64,000 bases of DNA from an uncultured virus (IMG/VR IMGVR_UViG_3300013232_000195) (IMGVR_UViG_3300013232_000195), one strand, 5' to 3'; shown: positions 50,791 through 59,769, numbered from the stretch's first letter. The notes: generated from the letters alone by a model not told the origin. A program made the numbers and translations.

Positions 50791-51332
50791 TTACAAAAGA
50801 GATACTTAAGATATGGCATAACGAATACGTCACTAGCGTATCCGATCCAGGGTGGGCCGTTTCACTTCAGACGTCCATGCTGCTATTTGATAAACTTACT
50901 GGTACGGGCGCAATAAGGGTAGCTGACTTCGGATCTGGATTTAGTTCTGTCGTTACCAGATCATTTTCAGATAATTTGACCTATTCCGTGGATCATGACG
51001 TGGATTGGCTAGAAAAAACAAAGGAGTTTCTAACCCGTAAGGGGATAAGCACAGACGGGTTGATGAATCTTGACGAGTTTAGAGATTCCGAAATCAAGGA
51101 CTTGGACGTTTCATTTTATGATCTAGGAAATTCAAAGGATGTAAGATGGGGAAACTTTGTAGTTTGCTATGAAAGAATGAAAAAAGGCGGAGTAATGATT
51201 CTGGATGATCTTCACTGTAAAGCAGGCTATCTTGGTTTTATCGAGTCGTCCATAAGAACGACGTCCAAGATCGTTATCTTAGATGAAACAAAAGACGGGT
51301 TTGGAAGATTCGCGGGCCTACTCTTAGTATAA
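50787..51332 (+). CDS. SAM-dependent methyltransferase-like protein
   Basis: VADFGSGFSS, SVDHD..W, GGVMILDD. Confidence 0.7.
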   Translation: MITKEILKIWHNEYVTSVSDPGWAVSLQTSMLLFDKLTGTGAIRVADFGSGFSSVVTRSFSDNLTYSVDHDVDWLEKTKEFLTRKGISTDGLMNLDEFRDSEIKDLDVSFYDLGNSKDVRWGNFVVCYERMKKGGVMILDDLHCKAGYLGFIESSIRTTSKIVILDETKDGFGRFAGLLLV

Positions 51333-51362
51333 TTGTAGCATGGAAATGTAGGAAGGAATGAA

Positions 51363-51908
51363 ATGCAAAACATTGTAAAAATTTCCTCTATTCCTGCCAT
51401 AGATGACTCAGTTTTCAGCCAACTACCGAAAATTTACGACAGGGATGTATACGAGAAAAACCTTGTTGCGCTAAAGTGTTTTTTGGACAAACACGGTATC
51501 CCATTCTTTCTAGCCTTTGGAACTTTATTGGGCGCATGCCGAGAAAAAAACTTTATAGAGAACGATCACGATGTTGACGTACTGATTATGGAGAGAGACG
51601 AGGATCGCTTAGTCAAGGCTCTGTTATCACAAGAACTGGCTGAAGTCGGCTTGTCGCTTGTTAGGATACATGAAGAATACCTCGTCAGCGTGTCGTCTGG
51701 AAATGGATATGTTGACCTTTACATATTCAGACCAGAAGGCCTCTTCTCAAAATGCTGGCAATATTCAATTGAGACTGAGCGTTTGGAGAATCCAGAGAAG
51801 AGAATGTTCTTGGGGCAAGAATATCTTGTCCCAAAAGACCCTGAAAAATACTTAACAGAGAAGTACGGCGATTGGAAAGTAAAAAGCGATAAACATGCTG
51901 ACTCATGA
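51363..51908 (+). CDS. licD: LicD-family nucleotidyltransferase-fold phosphotransferase
   Basis: FLAFGTLLGACRE..FI..DHDVDV; VP..PEKYL..KYGDW. Confidence 0.85.
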   Translation: MQNIVKISSIPAIDDSVFSQLPKIYDRDVYEKNLVALKCFLDKHGIPFFLAFGTLLGACREKNFIENDHDVDVLIMERDEDRLVKALLSQELAEVGLSLVRIHEEYLVSVSSGNGYVDLYIFRPEGLFSKCWQYSIETERLENPEKRMFLGQEYLVPKDPEKYLTEKYGDWKVKSDKHADS

Positions 51909-52470
51909 CAAACAATACTGGGATGAATGGTATGAGCGAAATCCATTGGCTCCGCCATCCCAATTTTCGATGTGGTGTCAAGACAACTACCTTGAAGGTA
52001 AGTCATTTGATCTTCTTGACGTTGGCTGCGGCAACGGCAGAGACTCGTTGTACTTTGCTTCAAAGGGACACGTTGTAACGGGTATTGATTCGGCCAATGT
52101 TTTAAGACCAAACATTAGTAACCCAAAATTTATTCAAAGAGATGTTTTGTCTGGGTTACCAATATCCGACGTCATATATATCAGATGGTTATTGCACGTC
52201 TTGACCAAGGACGAAGTTGGAGTACTATTGGTTCTAGCGTCTAATTCAGTGCGGCCCAATGGCTTTGTTTTTATGGAGTTCAGGACAACTCTTTCTGGTT
52301 TGGAACAAAATCATTATCGTCGTGAGATAAATCCAAAAGACATTGAGAGCATTCTCTGCCGTCAAGGGATGATCATTGATGTAGCAACTGAAGGAAAGGG
52401 CTTTAGTAGGGTGGACAATGACGATCCGACGCTAGCCAGAATTGTTGCTGTCAAGCCTACTGATATTTGA
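51895..52470 (+). CDS. Class I SAM-dependent methyltransferase
   Basis: LLDVGCGNGRDSLYF, GIDS, IRWLLH, EFRT. Confidence 0.85.
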   Translation: MLTHDKQYWDEWYERNPLAPPSQFSMWCQDNYLEGKSFDLLDVGCGNGRDSLYFASKGHVVTGIDSANVLRPNISNPKFIQRDVLSGLPISDVIYIRWLLHVLTKDEVGVLLVLASNSVRPNGFVFMEFRTTLSGLEQNHYRREINPKDIESILCRQGMIIDVATEGKGFSRVDNDDPTLARIVAVKPTDI

Positions 52471-52473
52471 AAC

Positions 52474-52887
52474 ATGAAGATAGAACGTACCCACGATTCG
52501 TTCCTCGTAGATCGATTCATTGAAACGGCGGGGACGTCGCTTGAGACGTTCCGTTACTTCTCCACCAGGCCGACGTCCACGATCTTCAGCCATCTGATCA
52601 CGCTGATCGGTACAGAAGATGGAATCCCAATAGCCTACGGGCATCTGGACCCGGAGAACGGATGTACGTGGCTTGGCGTATGCGTGGCGGAGAAGTGGCT
52701 TGGTATGAGAAAAGGGGCGGAGATTGTGTGCTTGCTCCTTGAGTTTGCTGACGCTGGAGGAATTTTGGTGTCTCTGACTGTTGACGAGGATAATTTGCGT
52801 GCTCGCAAGTTGTACGAGAGGTACGGGTTTGTCTTCAAGCGGCAGGTTCTAAAGACCGTCTACTACGAAAGGGTTCCTCATGGCTGA
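52474..52887 (+). CDS. GNAT N-acetyltransferase
   Basis: WLGVCV...GMRKG; LTVDEDNLRARKLYERYGF. Confidence 0.8.
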   Translation: MKIERTHDSFLVDRFIETAGTSLETFRYFSTRPTSTIFSHLITLIGTEDGIPIAYGHLDPENGCTWLGVCVAEKWLGMRKGAEIVCLLLEFADAGGILVSLTVDEDNLRARKLYERYGFVFKRQVLKTVYYERVPHG

Positions 52888-53188
52888 TACGTTTGGCGGT
52901 CTCGTCGATAAGCTCTTCACCGTTGACATGAAGATGTGGGTGAACCAGGAACTCCTCTACGAAATACGAAGGATGAAGTCCGTGGAAGAGTTCAAGCAAA
53001 AGTACCAGAGCGACGAGGGCATGGAGAAACTGTGGGGCATCCTACAGAAGGCATGCGATCTCAACGTCCAGAGAAACCACCTCATCGACGAGCTTGACGA
53101 AAAGGTCATAGAAATCGTCAAGGCCGGGATCTCTGGAGAGAACCTGGACGACGGTAAGTTCGTACAGAGAAAGCACAAGACCTATTAG
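52880..53188 (+). CDS. DUF4254-like helical protein found in glycan clusters
   Basis: DTFGGLVDKL...KMW..QE...DLNVQRN.LIDELD. Confidence 0.5.
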   Translation: MADTFGGLVDKLFTVDMKMWVNQELLYEIRRMKSVEEFKQKYQSDEGMEKLWGILQKACDLNVQRNHLIDELDEKVIEIVKAGISGENLDDGKFVQRKHKTY

Positions 53189-53190
53189 CC

Positions 53191-54252
53191 ATGATTCCAC
53201 TTAGCCAGCCATGGATCACGGACCTTGAGAAGAAGTACGTTAACGAGGCTCTGTCGTCTGGCTGGATCTCGTCCAATGGGCCATTCGTCAACAAGTTCGA
53301 GGAGCAGTTTGCCGAGTATATTGGCGTAAAGCATGCCATCTCCACGAACAACGGGACATCGGCTTGTCACGTCTGCCTATATGCTTGTGGCGTTGGGCCT
53401 GGAGACAGGGTTGCCGTTCCAGCCATGACCTTCGTGGCGACGGCCAATGCCGTCGCCTATTGCGGGGCCGAGGTCGTCGGCATCGACATAGACCCAAAAA
53501 CATGGAACATGTGTCCGACCAAGCTGAACGAGGTGTGGAATGGTAACAGGCCGTTCTCCTTCATCTTTCAGGTCCACCTATATGGAAACGTCCAGTCACC
53601 CGACATAGTCGCGGGCAATGGAAGGGTGTTGATAGAGGATGCTTGCGAGGCTCTTGGTGGAGCTTTCAAGGGAAAGAAGGCTGGGACACTTGGTCGCGCT
53701 GGAGCGTTCTCCTTCTTCGGAAACAAGACCATCTCCACGGGCGAAGGAGGGATGGTGGTCACGAATGACGATGTTGTTGCGGAAAGGGCGAGGCTATTCA
53801 AGGGTCAAGGACAGACGTCGCGCTACTACCATGAGATCGTGGGGTATAACTACCGAATGACCAACATCCAAGCCGCGCTTGGACTGGCCCAGTTGGAGCG
53901 CATTAACGAGATACTCGAAGAGAAGAGAAGGGTGTACGAGAGGTACGAATCGCAGATCGGACATTTGATGCAAAGCAGGGAACCTTGGTCTACGCATTCC
54001 TATTGGGCCGTGACAGCCAAGGTTGGCAATCCAGAAGCCGTATCTTCAATACTCGTGCAGAATGGCATCGAAACGAGAAGGACGTTCTATCCTCTTTCCA
54101 GTCTTCCGCCGTATGCAGGTTGCTGCCCGAACGGGGCTAAGGAAAGTGAGGCCTTGAGAGAAACTGGCCTCACCTTGCCATCATACCCAGAACTTTCTAA
54201 TCGTGAAATCGACGTGATCTGCAACCTGGTTGAATCTGCTACACGTCCTTGA
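53191..54252 (+). CDS. DegT/DnrJ/EryC1/StrS PLP aminotransferase (perosamine synthase-like)
   Basis: SGWISSNGPFV..FE; NGTSA; TFVATANAV; IEDACEALG; FSFFGNKTISTGEGG; GYNYRMTNIQAALG. Confidence 0.92.
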   Translation: MIPLSQPWITDLEKKYVNEALSSGWISSNGPFVNKFEEQFAEYIGVKHAISTNNGTSACHVCLYACGVGPGDRVAVPAMTFVATANAVAYCGAEVVGIDIDPKTWNMCPTKLNEVWNGNRPFSFIFQVHLYGNVQSPDIVAGNGRVLIEDACEALGGAFKGKKAGTLGRAGAFSFFGNKTISTGEGGMVVTNDDVVAERARLFKGQGQTSRYYHEIVGYNYRMTNIQAALGLAQLERINEILEEKRRVYERYESQIGHLMQSREPWSTHSYWAVTAKVGNPEAVSSILVQNGIETRRTFYPLSSLPPYAGCCPNGAKESEALRETGLTLPSYPELSNREIDVICNLVESATRP

Positions 54253-54712
54253 GCGTCTTGACGCTGTCGTGAATTGCCATGGCCAGCGCCATGGTACACG
54301 CCTCGTCGATCTGCTTCTCAAAGACCTCGACCTTCTTTTTGCGGCTCGCCTCTTGTTCTTTCTTGGTCTTGCCGCTGCCCTTCATCATGGAGCCATACTG
54401 CTTCAGCTCCTTCTTCGCGGCCTCAACGGCAAGCAGATTCTTGCACAGCAGTTCCCGCCACTGGTCATAGTTGTCCACTGGTTCCGGGGTCTCGGCCTCG
54501 GCTTTTGGCGCTTCCTTTGCGGCTTCGGGGGCCTTTGGTCTCGGATCTGGTGGGTGATTGTAGATCAACTTGACCTCTCCTTGCGTGACCTCACGCGTGA
54601 AGACGCCTTGCTCGCGGAGCATCTGGTTGGCATCCTCTTGTGTTTCCGCCTCGATGGATCCTTTGATCGGCCTTCCGTTGGCCCTAAAGCCTTCATAATT
54701 CCAAGTAGCCAT
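54239..54712 (-). CDS. Protein with a PilC/GspF-like N-terminal cytoplasmic motif and charged helical C-terminus
   Basis: MATWNYEGFRANGRPIKGSIEAETQEDANQMLREQGVF; AAGGAG RBS before ATG 54712; no transmembrane segments. Confidence 0.6.
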   Translation of the reverse strand: MATWNYEGFRANGRPIKGSIEAETQEDANQMLREQGVFTREVTQGEVKLIYNHPPDPRPKAPEAAKEAPKAEAETPEPVDNYDQWRELLCKNLLAVEAAKKELKQYGSMMKGSGKTKKEQEASRKKKVEVFEKQIDEACTMALAMAIHDSVKTLKDV

Positions 54713-54722
54713 GGTCTTCTCC

Positions 54723-55142
54723 TTAGTTCCCGTTGGACTGGTATACGATGCGCCAGCTAACGTCTTTGGCGTCAACGTAGACGCCAATCCTGGAAAGCTC
54801 AGACACCAGCGCTCCGTCCGTGAGCAGCGTTTCCTTCTCGTTCAGCGCATCAACGGTCATCAGTCCAGCTTGTGGGATGTTGGCATCCTTGACTTCGAAC
54901 GCGGCGACCTCCATGGTAGCCAACGCGTGCGCGTAGCTTGTCCCACCTGGCCAGTACAGCTTGAACCGCAAAGCCATAGGGCCATATGTTTCCTTGAGTT
55001 TACGATCCACTTCTTGGGCTTTTAGCTCAGGAGTTGGAAGGGCATCTAGATGGTTGTTTTCAGCCGCTGACATGTTGGCGATGGCGATCAACTGCTCCGC
55101 CTTGACCGTGACGGCTCGAACGAGTTGGACCTTGAGGATCAT
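54723..55142 (-). CDS. Hypothetical protein
   Basis: 139 aa, AAGGAG RBS, candidate promoter upstream. Confidence 0.6.
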   Translation of the reverse strand: MILKVQLVRAVTVKAEQLIAIANMSAAENNHLDALPTPELKAQEVDRKLKETYGPMALRFKLYWPGGTSYAHALATMEVAAFEVKDANIPQAGLMTVDALNEKETLLTDGALVSELSRIGVYVDAKDVSWRIVYQSNGN

Positions 55143-55163
55143 GCTTTTCTCCTTTTAGCACGC

Positions 55164-55207
55164 ACCATACGGATTATACTTGACATGCCAACCTCCAGAC
55201 CTAAAAC
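55164..55207. promoter_or_regulatory. Overlapping divergent sigma70-type promoters
   Basis: Minus strand TTGGCA-16-TATGGT (55191-55164); plus strand TTGACA-16-TAAAAC (55180-55207). Confidence 0.4.
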
Positions 55208-55235
55208 ATGATGAGGTCACACATGGAGGACGCAA

Positions 55236-55487
55236 ATGCTGGTTAAGGAATCTCCCTTACTCACGGAAGCCATACAATCAAAAAGCGTTGACGCTCTGGC
55301 TGGTATCTGCATCGGCTGGACATCAGATGTGGACTACAGTCACTGGGACGCCTTCATGGAGGGATTGGCCATTGGGTCAACGCGACCCAAATGCCTTTTC
55401 CTCGCCAGGAAAGAGACCTTCAGCTTCTACTTCGCCAACTCTGAAAAGAAGGCGCTGAAGAAGATCTCGAAGCTTAAGGATTGCTGA
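55236..55487 (+). CDS. Hypothetical protein
   Basis: 83 aa, GGAGG RBS. Confidence 0.55.
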   Translation: MLVKESPLLTEAIQSKSVDALAGICIGWTSDVDYSHWDAFMEGLAIGSTRPKCLFLARKETFSFYFANSEKKALKKISKLKDC

Positions 55488-55743
55488 CGCCCTTGTCCAG
55501 TCCGAGGCTGTTGGCCACGTCCAGCTTGAGTCTCTTCTGGTTTGCTGGGTCGACCCTCTTCGTTGGGTCTTCAGCGATCACGTCCATCTCGACGTTCAAG
55601 ATGCTGAGTTTGCAGTGCGAGCAACATTCATTAGCGTCGTAGGACCAGATCACGGCGGTGACGTTCTCGAGGAGTTCTCCCGTCTCCGCATTAACGATCA
55701 TGGTTCCCGATCTTGTTCCGTCCGACACAATCTTGAGGGTCAT
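55474..55743 (-). CDS. Hypothetical phage protein
   Basis: 89 aa, AAGGAGAAGG RBS with TATAAT upstream. Confidence 0.6.
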   Translation of the reverse strand: MTLKIVSDGTRSGTMIVNAETGELLENVTAVIWSYDANECCSHCKLSILNVEMDVIAEDPTKRVDPANQKRLKLDVANSLGLDKGVSNP

Positions 55744-55772
55744 TTTCCTTCTCCTTTGGTATCATTATACCC

Positions 55773-56534
55773 ATGAACTTGGACACAGATATCGATCTGG
55801 ATCCTACGAAAGAAATCGTCGTGGCCCCATACAACCGCTGTTTCGGGGACTGCTGGGCCGTTTTGAACCATGCCATCCGCAGATCCATCCTCAGGAAGAA
55901 GACCGTCTGGGTTTCCGATTGCGTCTGCGCTGGGGCGCATATGGTTCCAGGACTGCCCTCCAGGGGGGAATACGTCGGAAGTCTCGTCCAGGAGCAACTG
56001 GACGAGCTGGCGACCCCCTCCACAGCGGACGTCAAGGTCGCCAGCAAGGTCGTCTTGGAGCCGAGGAAGATCACGGTCGAGGAGTTCGTTCATCCCTACT
56101 ATCCAGCCAAGCATAGGTGGAAATTCGGCCCATATGGGCGAATCTGCATCCAGACCGACAATTCCCAGACCCCCGAGAACTGCGCCAGGTCGTTCAAGCG
56201 CCACGAGAGGGAGGCCCTCTACAAGTGGCTGGAAGGAAAGAACTACGTCATCCTCGGGAAGCCAATGTCAACCTCGCAATGCGCAGAAATAGCAACCACG
56301 TCAGATGTATTCATCGGAATGGATTCTGGAATGAGCCATCTATGCCATAGTGTAGGGATTCCCATGCTGTTGTTGGATTGGGTTGCCCTAGACAGGTTCC
56401 ATCCGAAGAAGGTCTTCTATAAGTTTTCAAAGGTAGCCGAGGCCATCAAGATTGCAGAGGATCTTTCGAGGGACTGCTCTGCGTGGGTCGAAATGGTCAA
56501 GCGGGCAGAGGAAGCGAGTGAACCAAGTCCTTGA
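55773..56534 (+). CDS. GT9 (heptosyltransferase-like) glycosyltransferase
   Basis: N-terminal FGD; SDVFIGMDSGMSHLCHSVGIP motif. Confidence 0.7.
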   Translation: MNLDTDIDLDPTKEIVVAPYNRCFGDCWAVLNHAIRRSILRKKTVWVSDCVCAGAHMVPGLPSRGEYVGSLVQEQLDELATPSTADVKVASKVVLEPRKITVEEFVHPYYPAKHRWKFGPYGRICIQTDNSQTPENCARSFKRHEREALYKWLEGKNYVILGKPMSTSQCAEIATTSDVFIGMDSGMSHLCHSVGIPMLLLDWVALDRFHPKKVFYKFSKVAEAIKIAEDLSRDCSAWVEMVKRAEEASEPSP

Positions 56535-56856
56535 GTTGTGTACTGGTAGAGGGCTTCTTCAGGAGCTTGCTGTCAGACGAGACTTGGACTGCCGACCACT
56601 TTATCACCGTCACGTCCTTTTTCTCGAACTCTTCAAGCATGTCATCCGAATCCATCGCCACGCTGAGGTCAGCAAGTATAAGATCATAAGTGTTTTCGCC
56701 TAAACGTCTTTTGACTTCCCATAGATTGGTTGCGATATGGGCCGTGGCATTGATCAGGTTGTTTTCCAGGACGTTCTTCACGGATCTGGCAAAGACTTTG
56801 TTCGGATCCACGACAAGAATAGAAATCATTTTCTCGTCAGTTTTTTTGTCGCTCAT
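56497..56856 (-). CDS. Stand-alone response-regulator receiver (CheY-like) domain
   Basis: SILVVDPN, YDLILADL (phospho-acceptor Asp), VIKWSA, LLKKP. Confidence 0.65.
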   Translation of the reverse strand: MSDKKTDEKMISILVVDPNKVFARSVKNVLENNLINATAHIATNLWEVKRRLGENTYDLILADLSVAMDSDDMLEEFEKKDVTVIKWSAVQVSSDSKLLKKPSTSTQLKDLVHSLPLPA

Positions 56857-57341
56857 CTTTGTGCTCCAGGCGCAGCGGAAGATCTTTGCTGTGCATCGTA
56901 GAACTCTTTACGCGTCACATAGTCACGACCAAACCCGTTGATCGTGACGACAGCGTCTTTCAACTCCTCGCGCATTTTTTCGAGGGTGTCGTTCATACGA
57001 TTAGCCGCTTCCTCTAGGTACACTATTGATTTAGCGCTAACTGCTCCAGTTTCCTTTTCCTTCGACAACTCGCTCTTCGTCTTCTCCAGGTCGGCATGAA
57101 TATCATTGATGAACTTTTCCAGTTTGGCGAGTGAATTCAGGCGTTCCTCTTGCTTCACCATCTGCGTGGAATGTTTTGTGCAATTAAGGTCTCGGATAGA
57201 CTTATCTAGATCCTTGATGGACTTCTCAAGGCTGGTGACCCTTTGCAGGTCTCCTTTCCTAATGCCTTGCAATAGGACGGCAAAGGCGCCACAGACGGTT
57301 GTGACGACCCCCACGATTACCCCTATCATCGTCCAGTCCAT
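56853..57341 (-). CDS. N-terminally membrane-anchored coiled-coil protein
   Basis: MDWTMIGVIVGVVTTVCGAFAVLL followed by heptad repeats; YVTRKEF near the end. Confidence 0.65.
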   Translation of the reverse strand: MDWTMIGVIVGVVTTVCGAFAVLLQGIRKGDLQRVTSLEKSIKDLDKSIRDLNCTKHSTQMVKQEERLNSLAKLEKFINDIHADLEKTKSELSKEKETGAVSAKSIVYLEEAANRMNDTLEKMREELKDAVVTINGFGRDYVTRKEFYDAQQRSSAAPGAQR

Positions 57342-57377
57342 AAGGTTCTCCGTTCCTAGTTTGTAAATTAAACAAAA

Positions 57378-58073
57378 CTAGGCATTTAACCTTCCGAGGG
57401 TTCTGATTTTACGTTCTACCTCAGGCCACACCCATAGCAGCCCTTCGTTTTCCATTTCCCCATTGTATGCTGGTACGATCACGACCCTCTTGCTGGCCTC
57501 AGCGACCTCCGCATCGGAGAAAGGATCAAACACCTTGAGAGCCCTGTTGCTGAGGACGCCTAGACCATTCAGCTTACTCATACATGTAGGATCTCTCGGA
57601 TCCAAGTCGTCAAGAAGGAGCCAGTTCTTGTCCTTCTGCGGGACTAGATCCTTGTACCTATCCCTCCCCACGATCACGCTAAAAAACGGGGCCAGACCAG
57701 AAAGCTCGAGGACTTTCGTCTGGTGAGCTGTTCTTCCGTGCGTCAGCAGGCAGAGCGAGCCGACCAGGGCCTTAAGTTTGCCCAGAAATTCATGGGCATG
57801 TGGCCTTCTCCTGACCGCGATTATGAGTCCGTTGCTGTTGAAGGCCCTAGTTCCTTCTGGGAGCCTTTCGTTGATCTGTTTCGGCTGCAATGCCGAGAGC
57901 GTGTACGGGCTGGCCCCTTGCTCCTCCAGCTCTTTTCTGGCGGGGTGGTCTGGCCAGTTGGACTGGTAGACAATGGTGTTATCAAGGTCAACGAATACAG
58001 ACAGCTTGCCAGCCGAGGCATCCATCTGCGCTCTCCTGGTGATTACGCCACATGGTGTTAGAGATAATGCCAC
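57378..58073 (-). CDS. HAD-superfamily phosphatase (NIF/FCP1-like)
   Basis: VFVDLDNTIV (DxD), RRPHAHEFL, LLTHG, LLLDD. Confidence 0.75.
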   Translation of the reverse strand: MALSLTPCGVITRRAQMDASAGKLSVFVDLDNTIVYQSNWPDHPARKELEEQGASPYTLSALQPKQINERLPEGTRAFNSNGLIIAVRRRPHAHEFLGKLKALVGSLCLLTHGRTAHQTKVLELSGLAPFFSVIVGRDRYKDLVPQKDKNWLLLDDLDPRDPTCMSKLNGLGVLSNRALKVFDPFSDAEVAEASKRVVIVPAYNGEMENEGLLWVWPEVERKIRTLGRLNA

Positions 58074-58095
58074 GTTGAGATCTCCTACTAACTCA

Positions 58096-58156
58096 TTGGG
58101 ATTCCGAAAGAATCACTCCTTTTTGTCCTTGATTGGTATGCTCGATGTGCTATGCT
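58096..58156. promoter_or_regulatory. Back-to-back promoters of two classes
   Basis: Minus strand AAGGA-16-CCCAA (58121-58096); plus strand TTGATT-16-TATGCT with TG extension (58129-58156). Confidence 0.45.
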
Positions 58157-58189
58157 CCTAGTTGAGAACCCGCGTGGGTTTAGCCCATT

Positions 58190-59488
58190 GTGACCAAGGA
58201 GAGAGCAATGATTAGGACATTCGGACAGTTCAGGAAGGGCTTGGCGGCGAAGAAGTTCACCGCCATGACGATCAAGGTTTCGCCAGAACTCGCCAAGGAG
58301 ATGCTCAAGCGGAACAAGTCAAACCGCAAGTATTCCGATGCGCGAGCCGAGAAGCTAGCCGAAGACATGAGGAACGGCCTGTGGCGACGGACAGGAGAGG
58401 CCATCAGCTTCAAGTCGGACGGCGAGTTACTGTCTGGGCAGCATCGCCTCAACGCCATCATCAAGAGTGGTACGACCCAGGAGTTCGCGGTGTCGTTCTG
58501 TTCCGACAATGACGCCACCATGTATGAGGGCATGGGCGTCCGCTTCACCGCCAACGATCACCTCGCCAGAAACGGCTTCTCCAACCTGGCCATGGCCAAT
58601 GGCGGAGCAGTCATCCGTCACATGCGCTTCGCCTTGAACAACCCGCGTGGCGGCATGCGAGCCCATGAGGTCATCGCCTTCGCCAAGAAGTACGAGGAGG
58701 CCGTGTCCTTCGCCACCGAATGCTTCAAGGGCATCAAGGATCGTCGCGTGGCTATCGCCCCCATCCTGGCCGTCATTGCCAGAGCGTACTGCGCGAAGCC
58801 CTCGAAGCGCTCCGAGATCAAGAAGTTCTGCTCGATCTTACGTGACGGCGTGATCCCCAAGAACCCGACTGGAAGCCCCGTCGTGTTGGAAGATCGCGAT
58901 CGTTGCCCGATGTTCCTCCGAGAGACGTTGATCCAGCAGCGCAATCACAAGGCCGCCGATATCAGCCAGACATACCGAAAGGCCGAGACCGCCTTGGCCA
59001 GATACCTCTACAACAAGGACCTCAATGCCCGTCTCGTCGGTTCCAGGGACGAGCTTTTCCCCATCCCAGAGGACGAGAACCCACAAGAGGTCTCGGGAAC
59101 GGATACGCGCTACTTCTGCGTCCCCAGCAAGGTTCTTCGCTGTCCAGTCCTCAGTGTCCCAGAGATCAAAAAGATGATCTCGAAACAATGCGTCCCGCTG
59201 AAGAACAAGAGGATGATCAGCGTGATGCGTCCCAACGACAAGGTCTGCGTCCTTGGGTTCAACAGCAAGGGCTATACGGCCCGTCTTGCTGGCTCCATCA
59301 AGAAGGTCAACGTCAAGGGAGGGGACATCAGCATCCTTCTCAAGGACGGCAAGATGGTGAACGGGCCGCTGGTGTCCTCCATCTGGTCCAGCTTGAACAG
59401 CCTCAAGAAGAGCAAGATGCCAATCAAGGTCTTCGCCTCTTCCGTCCGCGCCTTGGACGAGCGTGACTTCGAGCGTTTGACCAAGTAA
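58190..59488 (+). CDS. ParB/Srx-like N-terminal domain protein (DGQHR-type motif) with additional C-terminal domain
   Basis: VSPELAKEML..N..NR......LAEDM.NG.W..TGE.I.F..DG.LLSGQHRL.AII; the start may be ATG 58208. Confidence 0.7.
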   Translation: MTKERAMIRTFGQFRKGLAAKKFTAMTIKVSPELAKEMLKRNKSNRKYSDARAEKLAEDMRNGLWRRTGEAISFKSDGELLSGQHRLNAIIKSGTTQEFAVSFCSDNDATMYEGMGVRFTANDHLARNGFSNLAMANGGAVIRHMRFALNNPRGGMRAHEVIAFAKKYEEAVSFATECFKGIKDRRVAIAPILAVIARAYCAKPSKRSEIKKFCSILRDGVIPKNPTGSPVVLEDRDRCPMFLRETLIQQRNHKAADISQTYRKAETALARYLYNKDLNARLVGSRDELFPIPEDENPQEVSGTDTRYFCVPSKVLRCPVLSVPEIKKMISKQCVPLKNKRMISVMRPNDKVCVLGFNSKGYTARLAGSIKKVNVKGGDISILLKDGKMVNGPLVSSIWSSLNSLKKSKMPIKVFASSVRALDERDFERLTK

Positions 59489-59500
59489 GCGGTTCCCCGT

Positions 59501-59546
59501 AAAAGCCAGAACCCCGAGGAGTGCGACCTCCTCGGGGTTCTTTTTT
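59501..59546. terminator. Intrinsic terminator, probably bidirectional
   Basis: 13-bp stem AGAACCCCGAGGA/TCCTCGGGGTTCT followed by a T-run, with AAAA upstream; lies between convergent units. Confidence 0.9.
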
Positions 59547-59549
59547 CAG

Positions 59550-59769
59550 TGAGCGAAGCGGTGTTAGCAATCAGCAGCCTTCTGGCTAACTTGTCTGCGA
59601 GGTCGTCCAAGGAGAAACCTAAGTCAACGCCCTGCTAGATGGGCTCGGGACGCGACTTCAACGTTTCGGAAGACATTCCTCGCCACTTGATATTTCACCT
59701 TTCGTTTCACCGTGGCCTCCGAGTGGGCTATCGCCGTGGGCTTTCGCCCACAAACGGCCACTCGAAACT
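59550..59769 (-). ncRNA. Candidate structured non-coding RNA (about 220 nt) downstream of the DIP1984-like gene
   Basis: No credible gene here. At least five helices, including GTGGGC-GAAA-GCCCAC nested in TCGAGTGG/CCACTCGG; ends at the terminator. Confidence 0.6.

Noticed and set aside
58427..59466. Long overlapping ORFs on other frames of the ParB-like gene
   Set aside because: Expected by-products of strong C/G third-position bias; no recognisable protein features.
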